DNA of 64,000 bases from positions 4,345 through 68,344 of the forward strand of contig JBEKCA010000002.1 of assembly GCA_050015115.1 (NCBI GenBank), read 5' to 3'. Source of the stretch: Terracidiphilus sp. (GTDB taxonomy: Bacteria > Acidobacteriota > Terriglobia > Terriglobales > Acidobacteriaceae). The translations under genes and the position numbers were made by a program. Shown here piece after piece: positions 18,664 to 27,969 of the stretch; positions within the stretch are counted from its first letter, which is position 1; each line of letters opens with the position of its first letter. The notes beneath the pieces are model-generated. The model did not search any database and was not told the DNA's origin. It worked only from the letters and a program-made list of their open reading frames with translations.

Positions 18664-19872
18664 ATGCGCCACACAACCGCACTCTGCAGAAGAGGGTTCT
18701 TGAAATTGACGGCGGCAGGCGGCCTTGCAACAGTTGCCGATCTTGCCTGGGGCCTCTCGCCACATTCAAAGGACTCGGCAGCTTTCCGGCTGGTGGCTGC
18801 GACCGATCGCCAGCGGATTCTCATGGCGGCAGCGAAGTATCTCCTTGAAGCTCCGCTGACCATCACCGCTTTTCCCGCCAGCCACAGTGCCGGTGGGTTG
18901 CACGATTTTTATTCGCAGGCCGACTACTTCTGGCCGAATCCGAAGAATCCGAATGGGCCCTACATCAACCGCGATGGGCAGAGCAACCCGGCAAACTTCG
19001 ACGAACATCGCAAGGCGATGGTGACGCTCTCTATTCAGATGCCAGCTCTGACAGCCGCGTGGCTGCTGACCGGCGAGCGCCGCTATGCTCTCAAGGCATG
19101 CGAGCATCTTCGCGCATGGTTCGTGACTCCCGATACCCTGATGAACCCCAACCTCCTCTATGCTCAGGCAGTTCAAGGGGTCTCCACGGGCCGGTCGTAT
19201 GGCATCATCGACACGCTGCATCTGGTCGAGGTGGCGCGTGCGGCGAGCTTTCTGGCCAATGGAGTGATGAGTTCGCAAGAGAGCGCCACGGTGAAAAACT
19301 GGTTTGCAAGCTACCTCGACTGGCTTTCCCATAGCGACCGGGGAATAGCAGAACGCGAAACAACAAATAACCACGCCTTCTGCTGGGCCTTGCAAGCTGC
19401 GGAGTTCGCCAGAATCGCAGGGGATGAGCAGGCACGCGGGGAGGTTTACCGGCGCTATCGGGAGATTCTTCTGCCCATGCAGATGGATGCCACTGGCTCG
19501 TTTCCCAAAGAACTTGCGCGCACCAAGCCATACAGCTACTCAATCTTCAACTTCGACATTTTGGCGGGGCTCTGCCAGTCTCTCAAGGGACTCGTGCCCG
19601 ATCCTCCCACTTTCCGGCTTTCCGACGGACGCGGGCTCTCGAAGGCGGCAGAATTCATCTATCCCTACCTCAAAGACAAGAGCGCATGGAAGTGGGCAAA
19701 GGATGTTGAGCATTTCGGTGCCTTACCGGTCCGCTCGCCCGGCCTGCTGTTTGCGGGCATCGCGTGCAACGAGCAGAGGTATCTCGATCTCTGGAAAACG
19801 CTGAATCCCGATCCGACGGACAAGGAGATCATCCGCAACTATCCGATCCGGCAGCCGATTCTGTGGGTATAA
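18664..19872 (+). CDS. Alginate_lyase-domain ((alpha/alpha)n) polysaccharide lyase, Tat-exported
   Basis: RRGFLK Tat motif; DFYSQADYFWP, RDGQSNP, GIIDT, NNH catalytic motif, ELARTKPYSYS.FN. Confidence 0.85.
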   Translation: MRHTTALCRRGFLKLTAAGGLATVADLAWGLSPHSKDSAAFRLVAATDRQRILMAAAKYLLEAPLTITAFPASHSAGGLHDFYSQADYFWPNPKNPNGPYINRDGQSNPANFDEHRKAMVTLSIQMPALTAAWLLTGERRYALKACEHLRAWFVTPDTLMNPNLLYAQAVQGVSTGRSYGIIDTLHLVEVARAASFLANGVMSSQESATVKNWFASYLDWLSHSDRGIAERETTNNHAFCWALQAAEFARIAGDEQARGEVYRRYREILLPMQMDATGSFPKELARTKPYSYSIFNFDILAGLCQSLKGLVPDPPTFRLSDGRGLSKAAEFIYPYLKDKSAWKWAKDVEHFGALPVRSPGLLFAGIACNEQRYLDLWKTLNPDPTDKEIIRNYPIRQPILWV

Positions 19873-19911
19873 CTGCAGGACTCTAGCGGAGATGCTGGTA
19901 ATGCCCGCGGC

Positions 19912-21291
19912 CTACCAGGAATGCACGGCAAGAATCGAGGGAGCTCCGGTCTTGCCATCGATAACGCTCACCTTCAAAACCGCCTCGATGTTCCGGTTTG
20001 AGAATCCTCCCCTCAATTGGTCTCGAAGCATTTGCATGTAGTGGGGGCTTGTTGCGAATTGAGCTGCGGCCTCTGTGCCGTTGCGGCCCACCCCGGCCAG
20101 AACCACAACCCAGCTGCCTGTCGTAGCATCGCGATAGCGCGCCACCAGCGCGTAATCGTCCGCGCTGAAGTAGGGCAGAGACGGGTCGCGCGTCCAGCGC
20201 TTCTGTGGCTGCATCCGATCGACAATCGACTCATAGGGTTCCGGAACAAAATGAAACCGAAGCGGATCGAGCAAACGCATCGTCCACTTATTGTTAAATC
20301 CACCCAGCAGGATAATTGGATGCTCGCGCAGCTCGGAAAGCGGGGTGGCTCCGGCAGCCCGGAGTTGCGCCGACTCTCCCGAATGCTCAAGAAGTGCGCT
20401 GACGAGCGAGATGGCCGAGGCACCCTCCATCGAGACAAACGGGTACGCAATATCCTTGCCGGCGGTGTTAGTCCCTGAAACATTGTTCGGCGCGAATACA
20501 ACGGCCCCGGTACAAACCACCACGGTGCGCTGATCGCGTAAAACAGGACCCCAAAAATCATCCACGGCCGCTTGCGGTTGAGTGGCTCCGAACCTCCAGC
20601 TCCAACCCGCAATTGCTGCAACCACGACCACAGCAGCCAGAGCCAGAGCGATGAGACTCCGGGAGATCTTCCGGGCTCGTCCGGGTCGCGGTGCCGGGAT
20701 TGTCTCGGCCATCGAAGCCACGCCAATCAGGCGATTCGATGGCGCATGCGGCGAGACCAGCTCCGGAGCCAGTGTTCCATCGTTCCTGGCCGGGAGGAGA
20801 TCGGCTTCGGAGATTTGCGCACTGGAAGCCTCCGCGGCGTCTCCCAGCTCTTCGGATCTGCCGTTCCCGTGAAGAAATTCGGGGATATAAGAGCCAGCCG
20901 GAAGAGAAATTCGAATGTTGGAACCCCGGCCGTGCTCCGAATAGTAAAGCAGGAGCCTCTTGCGCACTTCCCCGGCGGTGTAGCGCACCACTGTGTCTGT
21001 ATTTGTGTCGTACGTCGGAGGCCTGTCGAAGACCTCGACTCCGAGCGTCCGCTCCTTCAGCAGTTCCGACCTGCCCGCCAAAGTGTTCTCGACGACGTGT
21101 TGCAGCAGAGCCGGATACCGTTTGCTATTGCAGAACTGGGGACTGGCTACAATTTCGCGCAACTCGCGCAAGATCGCCTCGCGTTCCGGCGCGGACTGCG
21201 GCTGCCATCCTTCCCAGGTTGAAATGGCTTTGCTCATTCGATGTCCCTGATCATACTCGCCCTTTTCAAGCACTTGCAAGACGTTTGACAC
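19912..21291 (-). CDS. Single-pass membrane protein of an Acidobacteria-expanded family (putative transmembrane regulator)
   Basis: N-terminal S..F..S.R...LL..VV..TL.G....LKERTLG.EVF.R...YDT..D..VR...EVRKRL..YY motif; one TM helix; C-terminal extracytoplasmic domain; start may be 21237. Confidence 0.75.
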   Translation of the reverse strand: MSNVLQVLEKGEYDQGHRMSKAISTWEGWQPQSAPEREAILRELREIVASPQFCNSKRYPALLQHVVENTLAGRSELLKERTLGVEVFDRPPTYDTNTDTVVRYTAGEVRKRLLLYYSEHGRGSNIRISLPAGSYIPEFLHGNGRSEELGDAAEASSAQISEADLLPARNDGTLAPELVSPHAPSNRLIGVASMAETIPAPRPGRARKISRSLIALALAAVVVVAAIAGWSWRFGATQPQAAVDDFWGPVLRDQRTVVVCTGAVVFAPNNVSGTNTAGKDIAYPFVSMEGASAISLVSALLEHSGESAQLRAAGATPLSELREHPIILLGGFNNKWTMRLLDPLRFHFVPEPYESIVDRMQPQKRWTRDPSLPYFSADDYALVARYRDATTGSWVVVLAGVGRNGTEAAAQFATSPHYMQMLRDQLRGGFSNRNIEAVLKVSVIDGKTGAPSILAVHSW

Positions 21292-21550
21292 AAGAAAAGC
21301 ATGAACGTTAACACGAAGATTCTAAAGGGGAGGGCTCACTCATAAAGAACCAAACGGTGAGTCACTTGTCAATCGTGTATTGGAAGCCGAGGATTAGCCC
21401 ATTTTAATGCAAGATTTGAAGCCCGTTGCGTCGCGCAAGAATCAGCCGCTGGACTTCGATAGGATTTGGCTCCGCCATTTGGGGCTTTTTGCGGCCGGGG
21501 ATCTGGACGGCTGGATTAGACCATCCGTTCTTCGGAAAGAGGGTTTCTTG

Positions 21551-24034
21551 GTGATTCGTTCACGACGGCAATTCTTGAGAGATGCCTCCATATCGGCCGC
21601 CGTTGCTCTGGTTTCCGCTCCGATTCGCGCCATCGCCATTGACTCCCTGTTGCCCAAAGACGGAGCTGCTGTTTCTCCGAGCCGGCTGGACCTCGGGTGG
21701 CTCTTCCGCCAAGGCCCTATGGACAGCGTCAAGGAAGCTTGGGCTCCCGCTGAAGAGGGGCTTTGGAAATCGACCGAACTACCTCACTGCTTCAATGGAC
21801 GCGACGCTTGCGACCCGGACCAGCCGTACTTTCGTGGTCAGGGCTGGTACCGTACTCGACTTCCATTGAGCAATCCGTTTACCGATGGTCGAACGATCCT
21901 GCACTTTCAGGGCGCGGGCCAAACGACGACCCTTTGGGTTGGTTCCTCGCTCGTCGGAACGCATAAGGGCGGTTACGACGAGTTTGCCTTCGACATTACC
22001 GAAGCCGTCCGGCAGCTTTCGTCCGCGGATGTGCAGCAGGGTGTGCCAATCGTAGTCTGTTGCGACAACTCTACCGATCACGACCGGGTTCCGTCTGACC
22101 TCAGCGATTTTTGTCTTTTTGGTGGACTTTACCGGCACGTCAATCTGGTCTATCTGCCCGCGGTCGCAGTCGATTCCGCTCATGTTCTGGCCACGGTGGA
22201 GGCAGATGGGGCGGCGCGAATCAGGGTCGCGGCGAAACTCTACAACCCGGTGCAGTTAAGCAACCCGTGCACGCTGGCCATTGAGGTTTCAGACTTTGGC
22301 GGCCGCACTGTTCACCAATCGACGCAGACGCTTGCTGCCTGCAGCGATTACGCTCAGGTCGCTGATTTCACCTTGAAGGAGCCGGAGCTTTGGTCGCCTG
22401 ACTCGCCCCACCTCTATCGCTGCCGCGTTACACTCTCCAATCCAAGTGGACAGACGAGCATCACCGAACGATTTGGAATTCGCCATCTCGAATTCGTGGA
22501 GCACGGCCCATTCAAGCTGAACGGCAAACGGGTGCTGTTGCGCGGCACGCAGCGTCATGCGGATCACGCCGGTGTGGCTGCGGCGATGACCGACGATCTT
22601 GTCCACGAAGAGATGCGGCTCATCCGGGAGATGGGGGCGAACTTCATTCGCCTTGCGCACTATCAGCAGGATCGCTTGGTGTTGGATCTCTGCGATGAGT
22701 TGGGCCTGATGGTTTGGGAAGAGGTGCCCTGGTGCCGGGCCGGCATTGGAAATGAGGCGTTTCAGCAGAACGCCAAAGACATGCTTTCGCACATGATCGA
22801 GCAGCACTACAACCACCCGTCGATCATTTTGTGGGGTCTCGGCAACGAAGACGATTGGCCCAACGAGTATCCAGACGTAGACCAGCAGGCGATTCGGCGC
22901 TTTATGACCGAGATGCGTGATCTGGCGCATCGGCTCGATGCTTCGCGGCTGACATCGTTCCGTCGCTGCGACTTTGCGCGCGACATTCCAGATGTCTATT
23001 CTCCTTCGATCTGGGCTGGCTGGTACCGCGGCAACTATCGCGAATACGAGCAGAGCCTCCTCAAAGAGCGCGACCGGGTCAAGCGCTTCATTCATATCGA
23101 ATGGGGCGCTGATAGCCAGGCCGGTCGCCACGCAGAAGACCCCGAGACGGTGCTGCGGAAAGTGCCAACGGGCAATGGAACCGATGAGCGTGAACTCGAC
23201 TACCTGCGCAGTGGCGGCGACCTCAGGGTTTCAAAAGACGGCGATTGGTCTGAGACTTACGCCTGCAACCTCTTCGACTGGTATCTGAAGACCCAGGAGA
23301 AACTCGATTGGTTGACTGGATCGGCCCAATGGATCTTCAAGGACTTCGCATCTCCTCTTCGCGAAGACAACGCCATTCCGCGCGTCAATCAAAAAGGCGT
23401 TGTCGAGCGCGATCTGACCAGAAAGGAGTCGTATTACGTCTTCCAGTCTTTCTGGGCGCAAAAACCCATGGTTCATATCTATGGGCACAGCTGGCCGGTT
23501 CGCGGGGGCAAGCAGGGCGAACAACGCAGCGTGCGCGTTTACTCCAACTGCGACCACGTCGAGCTGTTTCTGAACGGAAAAACCCAGGGCATCATGCACC
23601 GCGATAGCCAGGACTTCCCTGCCGCGGGCTTGCGCTGGCAGGTCGTGTTTGCACCCGGGCCGAACGTGCTGCGTGCGATTGCCACGAAGGGAAGCGTCAC
23701 GCTGGCCGACGAAATTGAGACGACTCTTCAAACAGAGAGCTGGGGCGCGCCCGCCAAACTGCAACTGGCCGAGAAGGCGCGCACGCGGGACCTGATCACC
23801 GTCGAGGCGAGGTTGATCGATTCCGCTGGAATTCATTGCCTCGACTCCGCAAAGACTGTTCGATTCTCGCTCACCGGAGCGGGAACTCTCATAGACAACC
23901 TTGGAACTACGCGAGGCTCGCGCGAACTGGAACTCTCGAACGGGCGTGCTGAAATCTCATTTGTTCGTGAAGGGACATGCAGAATCGAAGCCAGACCCCA
24001 AGGGCTGCCTTCTGCATCGCTCGAATTCCCATAA
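21551..24034 (+). CDS. Glycoside hydrolase family 2 (beta-galactosidase/glucuronidase-like), Tat-exported
   Basis: RRQFLR; HKGGY, GGLYR.V, GANFIRLAHYQQ, NHPSIILWGLGNE, EWGAD. Confidence 0.92.
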   Translation: MIRSRRQFLRDASISAAVALVSAPIRAIAIDSLLPKDGAAVSPSRLDLGWLFRQGPMDSVKEAWAPAEEGLWKSTELPHCFNGRDACDPDQPYFRGQGWYRTRLPLSNPFTDGRTILHFQGAGQTTTLWVGSSLVGTHKGGYDEFAFDITEAVRQLSSADVQQGVPIVVCCDNSTDHDRVPSDLSDFCLFGGLYRHVNLVYLPAVAVDSAHVLATVEADGAARIRVAAKLYNPVQLSNPCTLAIEVSDFGGRTVHQSTQTLAACSDYAQVADFTLKEPELWSPDSPHLYRCRVTLSNPSGQTSITERFGIRHLEFVEHGPFKLNGKRVLLRGTQRHADHAGVAAAMTDDLVHEEMRLIREMGANFIRLAHYQQDRLVLDLCDELGLMVWEEVPWCRAGIGNEAFQQNAKDMLSHMIEQHYNHPSIILWGLGNEDDWPNEYPDVDQQAIRRFMTEMRDLAHRLDASRLTSFRRCDFARDIPDVYSPSIWAGWYRGNYREYEQSLLKERDRVKRFIHIEWGADSQAGRHAEDPETVLRKVPTGNGTDERELDYLRSGGDLRVSKDGDWSETYACNLFDWYLKTQEKLDWLTGSAQWIFKDFASPLREDNAIPRVNQKGVVERDLTRKESYYVFQSFWAQKPMVHIYGHSWPVRGGKQGEQRSVRVYSNCDHVELFLNGKTQGIMHRDSQDFPAAGLRWQVVFAPGPNVLRAIATKGSVTLADEIETTLQTESWGAPAKLQLAEKARTRDLITVEARLIDSAGIHCLDSAKTVRFSLTGAGTLIDNLGTTRGSRELELSNGRAEISFVREGTCRIEARPQGLPSASLEFP

Positions 24035-24176
24035 CTTGCGCCTCTCCGCGCTCCAGCAAGCGCGAAGTTGACGCTTAAACCTCAGGAGAATTGCCATGAC
24101 GCAGCAAACGCCACTTGATTTATGTCACTCCCAACGAGAGAGTGCAGCACTCACGGAAAGGAAAGAGGTGCATTGT

Positions 24177-27100
24177 ATGCAAACCAGGCTCTTCACGCGC
24201 TTGGTCCTGTTCGCTCTGTTGATCGCAGTCTTCGCGTCCATCGGAGCCTCGGCGCAGCTTAGCACCGCAACCCTTTCTGGAACGGTCACTGATCCAAACG
24301 GCGCGGTTGTGCCGAATGCGAGGATCACGCTCACCCAAACCGACACGAATTTCGTAAGGGTTGCCACCTCCAAGGCGGATGGCACTTATCGCGAGGAGTT
24401 CCTTCCTGTTGGTCCATACGCGGTCTCAGTTGTCGCCCACGGTTTCAAAACGCTCAATCGCACCGGCATCATACTCGCCGTCATGCAGAATGCGACATTG
24501 GACTTGACGGTTGAAATTGGCGGTACGACTGAGACCGTCAGCGTCACAGCCGACGTACCGATGGTCGATGTGAGCGATGCCGTTCTCGGCGCAACGGTCT
24601 CCAACGTACAGGTCGAGAATCTCCCATTGGTCAATCGCGACACCTACACGCTGCTCAACCTGACACCAGGAGTGCAGAACGTTACGAATGAGAACTCCAT
24701 TGGTTTGCCGATGGAGCATGTCATTATCAACGGGTCCACAGACAATATGGTCGGGCAGATTACCTACTACCTCGACGGCGGCATCAATATGACCGGCGTT
24801 CGCTCGACCGGCAACAATATTCCCAACCCGGATGCCGTCGATCAGTTTAGTGTCGATACCAACAACTTCAGCGCTCAGTATGGGCGCACCGGCGCCGGTG
24901 TTGTATCCATTGTGACCAAGTCCGGCACCAACCAGGTGCATGGATCGGCCTTTGAGTTTAACGAGGAGACAAACTTCAACTCAGACGCGTACCTCCAAAC
25001 AACCAGGACGGCAAACCACAGGAACATGTTTGGTGCGACCGTGGGCGGACCGGTTTTCAAAGACAAGATCTTCTTCTTTGGCAGTTATGGCGGCATCCGG
25101 CAAATCGCCCCGCAAGAATGGAACGTCGTTGTTCCGGATGCGTTGCAACGGGTTGGCAACTTCTCAGAGAATCTCCCAGTGTCGGTCACCCCAACACAAA
25201 AGCTCGGCCAGTGCGGCCTCAAGCTTTCGGGTGCGGACGTTACGAATGCCGCAGACTACGGCGGCAGGTTCATCGTTTGCGATCCGGTGACATTCCTGCC
25301 TGTGCCGGGCAATCGAGCTGACCTGGATCCAAACTTCTCCATTTACGGTACGCCAGGTGGTGGTCTTGACCCGGTTGCCGCGGCTGTTCTAACAAAGAAC
25401 GTGCCACTGCCCACGCCGGGCCATCTCGGCACAGACGGCAATCCCGATAACCGCTATGTCGGGAATATGGGACTGCCGAATGTAAACAACGAATACCTGA
25501 TCAAAGGCGACTTCCAGCTCGTTCCGAACCATCGCACGACTCTCTCTTACTTCCAGATGATCGGTTCGTCGATCACCAATCCATCCGGAAACACTCTTCC
25601 CGGATGGGCGCTCAACAACTACGAGTACAGGCAGCAAAATGGCAATGCAAGCGACGTTTGGACGCTCTCGTCCCGGTCGGTGAACCAGGCTTGGCTTGTC
25701 TTCTCGCGCATGATGGCAGGGCGCGTCAGCAACCCCGCGGAGTCGCTGGCGGCCTTCGGTTCCGATCTCAATGTGCAGGGAACGCCGTCGCTTCCAAATA
25801 TCAGCGTTGCCAACTTTTTCACGCTTGGAAACGCGATCAGCGGTCCCTTGGCGGGGGACAACATCTACGGCCTGCGGGATGTATTCAGCACGATGAGAGG
25901 ACATCATTCGATCACGCTTGGCGGTGAGTTCTATCTCGAAAAGGACCGGCTTGAGACTCTGCTGAATAACTACGGAACCTTCTCCTTTTCGGCCTCGACG
26001 GTACCGACAACCGTATCGAATCCGGCGACTTACTTCAAGACCGGCGTAGCGATGGCGGATTTCCTGATCGGCCGCGTCAACCAGATGGGTCAGGACTCTC
26101 CGGACGACGCCAATGAGAACTACTGGAATTACGGCGCATTCCTCCAGGACGACTGGCACATCTTCCCCTCGCTGATCCTCAACCTCAGCGTGCGCTACGA
26201 CGTGCAGACTGCGCCCACCGATACGCAGCGCCGCATCGCGGTCTTCAGCCCCGGCGTGCAGTCGACCGTGTCGCCCACCGCAATGCTCGGGCAGTTGTTC
26301 CCCGGCGATCCGGGAGTTCCGGCTGGCGGGGTCGACACCAACCTCGATCACTTCTCGCCGCGTGTTGGATTTGTCTATGACCCATTCCACAACGGCCGCA
26401 CGGTCATCCACGGAGCAGGCGGGATGTTCTTTGACACCATCTCGGGCAATGAGTGGATGCTGTCGCAAAACTTCCAGCCGTTTGCCGTGCGCGAAACCGC
26501 GGCCTTCTCTCATGTGGTCAGCCTGCAGCATATCTATTCGGAAGACACCCAGGACTTCATCGGCGGCGTTTCGCCTTTTCCGTATGTCTACAGCAAGACG
26601 AGTCCTCGCTACGTCTCTCCAGCCTCCCTGGTTTTTGTGCAGCAGGGGATGCGCTGGCCCTATAACATGCAGATCAACTTTGGCATGCAGCAACAAGTCA
26701 CTCGCGATCTGGCGGTCGGCGTGAACTACGTCGGCGTCTTGAGCCGCAAGCTGCCGCTTTATATTGACCAGAATGCGCCCATGTACAACACCACTAACAC
26801 TGCCTCGGATCTGACAGGCGACGTCAACTGCCGCCGCCCCTACGATGCCGTCCCCTTCAAGACCGGCTCGACGACCACATGCGCAAGCCCTGCCGTTGGC
26901 TCCAGGTATATGAGCAACGCGTATGTCATCACAGACGGCCAGTCGGCGAATTACCACGGATTGCAGGTGAATGCGGTGAAGCGGCTCAGCCGCGATTTCA
27001 GCATCTCCGGCTTCTACATCTACAGCAAGGCCCTGGCAAGCGCCTCCATGCAGACCACCGGCAACATTGGCAACAGCGCGGCAACCGAGCCCGAGGACTA

Positions 27101-27716
27101 CCACGACATGCGGCTTGAGCGCCAGCGCATGGACAACGACATGCGCAATCAGGCGGTCATCAACGGCGTTTGGAAACCGAACTACTTCGGGCATTCCAAC
27201 TTCGTCACAAGGACCGCGCTCGATGGCTGGTCCATCTCAGCAAACGCCAGCATGCACAGTGGCAAACCGTTCGCAGTTACCACCGGCGTCGACGACAACG
27301 TCGATGGCGACAACAACGATCGCCCCAACGTAGCGACGGGAAAAGTTGAAAAGGTACTCGGCGGCTCCCACCAGCCACGCTCGGTCACAACGGCAGAGTG
27401 GTTCGACACGTCCGCGTATTGCGAGAACGGCAAGGCCGGCTGTCCCACAGGCGGCGGTGTTTCGGGTCTCGATGGGCTGGTCCGGAATAACTCTCTGGAT
27501 GCGCCCGGCTACAAGAGTGTGGATGCGTCGCTCTTCCGTGACTTCACCATCTACGAGCGGGTCAAGTTCCAGTTCCGCGGCGAAGCAACCAACGTATTCA
27601 ACTTCGTCAATCTAAGCGCTCCCGGAGGTACCTTGACCAGCGGCAGTAGCTTTGGCAAAATCACTGGGGGAAGTGCGATGCGTGTGATCCAAGTTGGCGG
27701 CCGTCTCTTCTACTAG
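24177..27716 (+). CDS. TonB-dependent receptor (Oar-like, N-terminal carboxypeptidase-regulatory-like domain)
   Basis: Signal peptide; GTVTDPNGAVVPNA, LPLVNR, TKSGTNQVHGSAFEF, QDDW, C-terminal RVIQVGGRLFY. Confidence 0.92.
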   Translation: MQTRLFTRLVLFALLIAVFASIGASAQLSTATLSGTVTDPNGAVVPNARITLTQTDTNFVRVATSKADGTYREEFLPVGPYAVSVVAHGFKTLNRTGIILAVMQNATLDLTVEIGGTTETVSVTADVPMVDVSDAVLGATVSNVQVENLPLVNRDTYTLLNLTPGVQNVTNENSIGLPMEHVIINGSTDNMVGQITYYLDGGINMTGVRSTGNNIPNPDAVDQFSVDTNNFSAQYGRTGAGVVSIVTKSGTNQVHGSAFEFNEETNFNSDAYLQTTRTANHRNMFGATVGGPVFKDKIFFFGSYGGIRQIAPQEWNVVVPDALQRVGNFSENLPVSVTPTQKLGQCGLKLSGADVTNAADYGGRFIVCDPVTFLPVPGNRADLDPNFSIYGTPGGGLDPVAAAVLTKNVPLPTPGHLGTDGNPDNRYVGNMGLPNVNNEYLIKGDFQLVPNHRTTLSYFQMIGSSITNPSGNTLPGWALNNYEYRQQNGNASDVWTLSSRSVNQAWLVFSRMMAGRVSNPAESLAAFGSDLNVQGTPSLPNISVANFFTLGNAISGPLAGDNIYGLRDVFSTMRGHHSITLGGEFYLEKDRLETLLNNYGTFSFSASTVPTTVSNPATYFKTGVAMADFLIGRVNQMGQDSPDDANENYWNYGAFLQDDWHIFPSLILNLSVRYDVQTAPTDTQRRIAVFSPGVQSTVSPTAMLGQLFPGDPGVPAGGVDTNLDHFSPRVGFVYDPFHNGRTVIHGAGGMFFDTISGNEWMLSQNFQPFAVRETAAFSHVVSLQHIYSEDTQDFIGGVSPFPYVYSKTSPRYVSPASLVFVQQGMRWPYNMQINFGMQQQVTRDLAVGVNYVGVLSRKLPLYIDQNAPMYNTTNTASDLTGDVNCRRPYDAVPFKTGSTTTCASPAVGSRYMSNAYVITDGQSANYHGLQVNAVKRLSRDFSISGFYIYSKALASASMQTTGNIGNSAATEPEDYHDMRLERQRMDNDMRNQAVINGVWKPNYFGHSNFVTRTALDGWSISANASMHSGKPFAVTTGVDDNVDGDNNDRPNVATGKVEKVLGGSHQPRSVTTAEWFDTSAYCENGKAGCPTGGGVSGLDGLVRNNSLDAPGYKSVDASLFRDFTIYERVKFQFRGEATNVFNFVNLSAPGGTLTSGSSFGKITGGSAMRVIQVGGRLFY

Positions 27717-27736
27717 CTCCATTCAACCTCAATCAA

Positions 27737-27771
27737 TGCGGGCCGCACTCAGGTGCGGCCCGCAACTTTTT
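27737..27771 (+). terminator. Intrinsic terminator
   Basis: TGCGGGCCGCAC-tcag-GTGCGGCCCGCA followed by ACTTTTT. Confidence 0.85.
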
Positions 27772-27825
27772 GGGACGGAATTTGAAAGATCGGCTTCTCG
27801 ATTAGGGGTCATTACAACCCCCGAC

Positions 27826-27875
27826 TTGAAATGCGACTGGTTTTGTCGTATATTAAATGAAGACCAAATCAGTCG
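27826..27875 (+). promoter_or_regulatory. Sigma70-like promoter overlapped by an imperfect 14-bp inverted repeat
   Basis: TTGAAA(27826)-17 bp-TATATT(27849); CGACTGGTTTTGTC (27834-27847) pairs 12/14 with GACCAAATCAGTCG (27862-27875). Confidence 0.55.
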
Positions 27876-27969
27876 GATATTGTAGCTCTGAATTATCTCT
27901 TTGCGATGAATGTTGTGCACCTCCGGCCGGCTGACCTATTTCATTTGGCTTTTCAATGTCTAGGAGCAC

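Noticed and set aside
25389-27194. 601-aa minus-strand ORF, and similar long antisense ORFs at 7803-9386, 40987-42582 and 42733-44046
   Set aside because: Each lies wholly opposite a motif-supported gene; expected from GC-rich codon bias.
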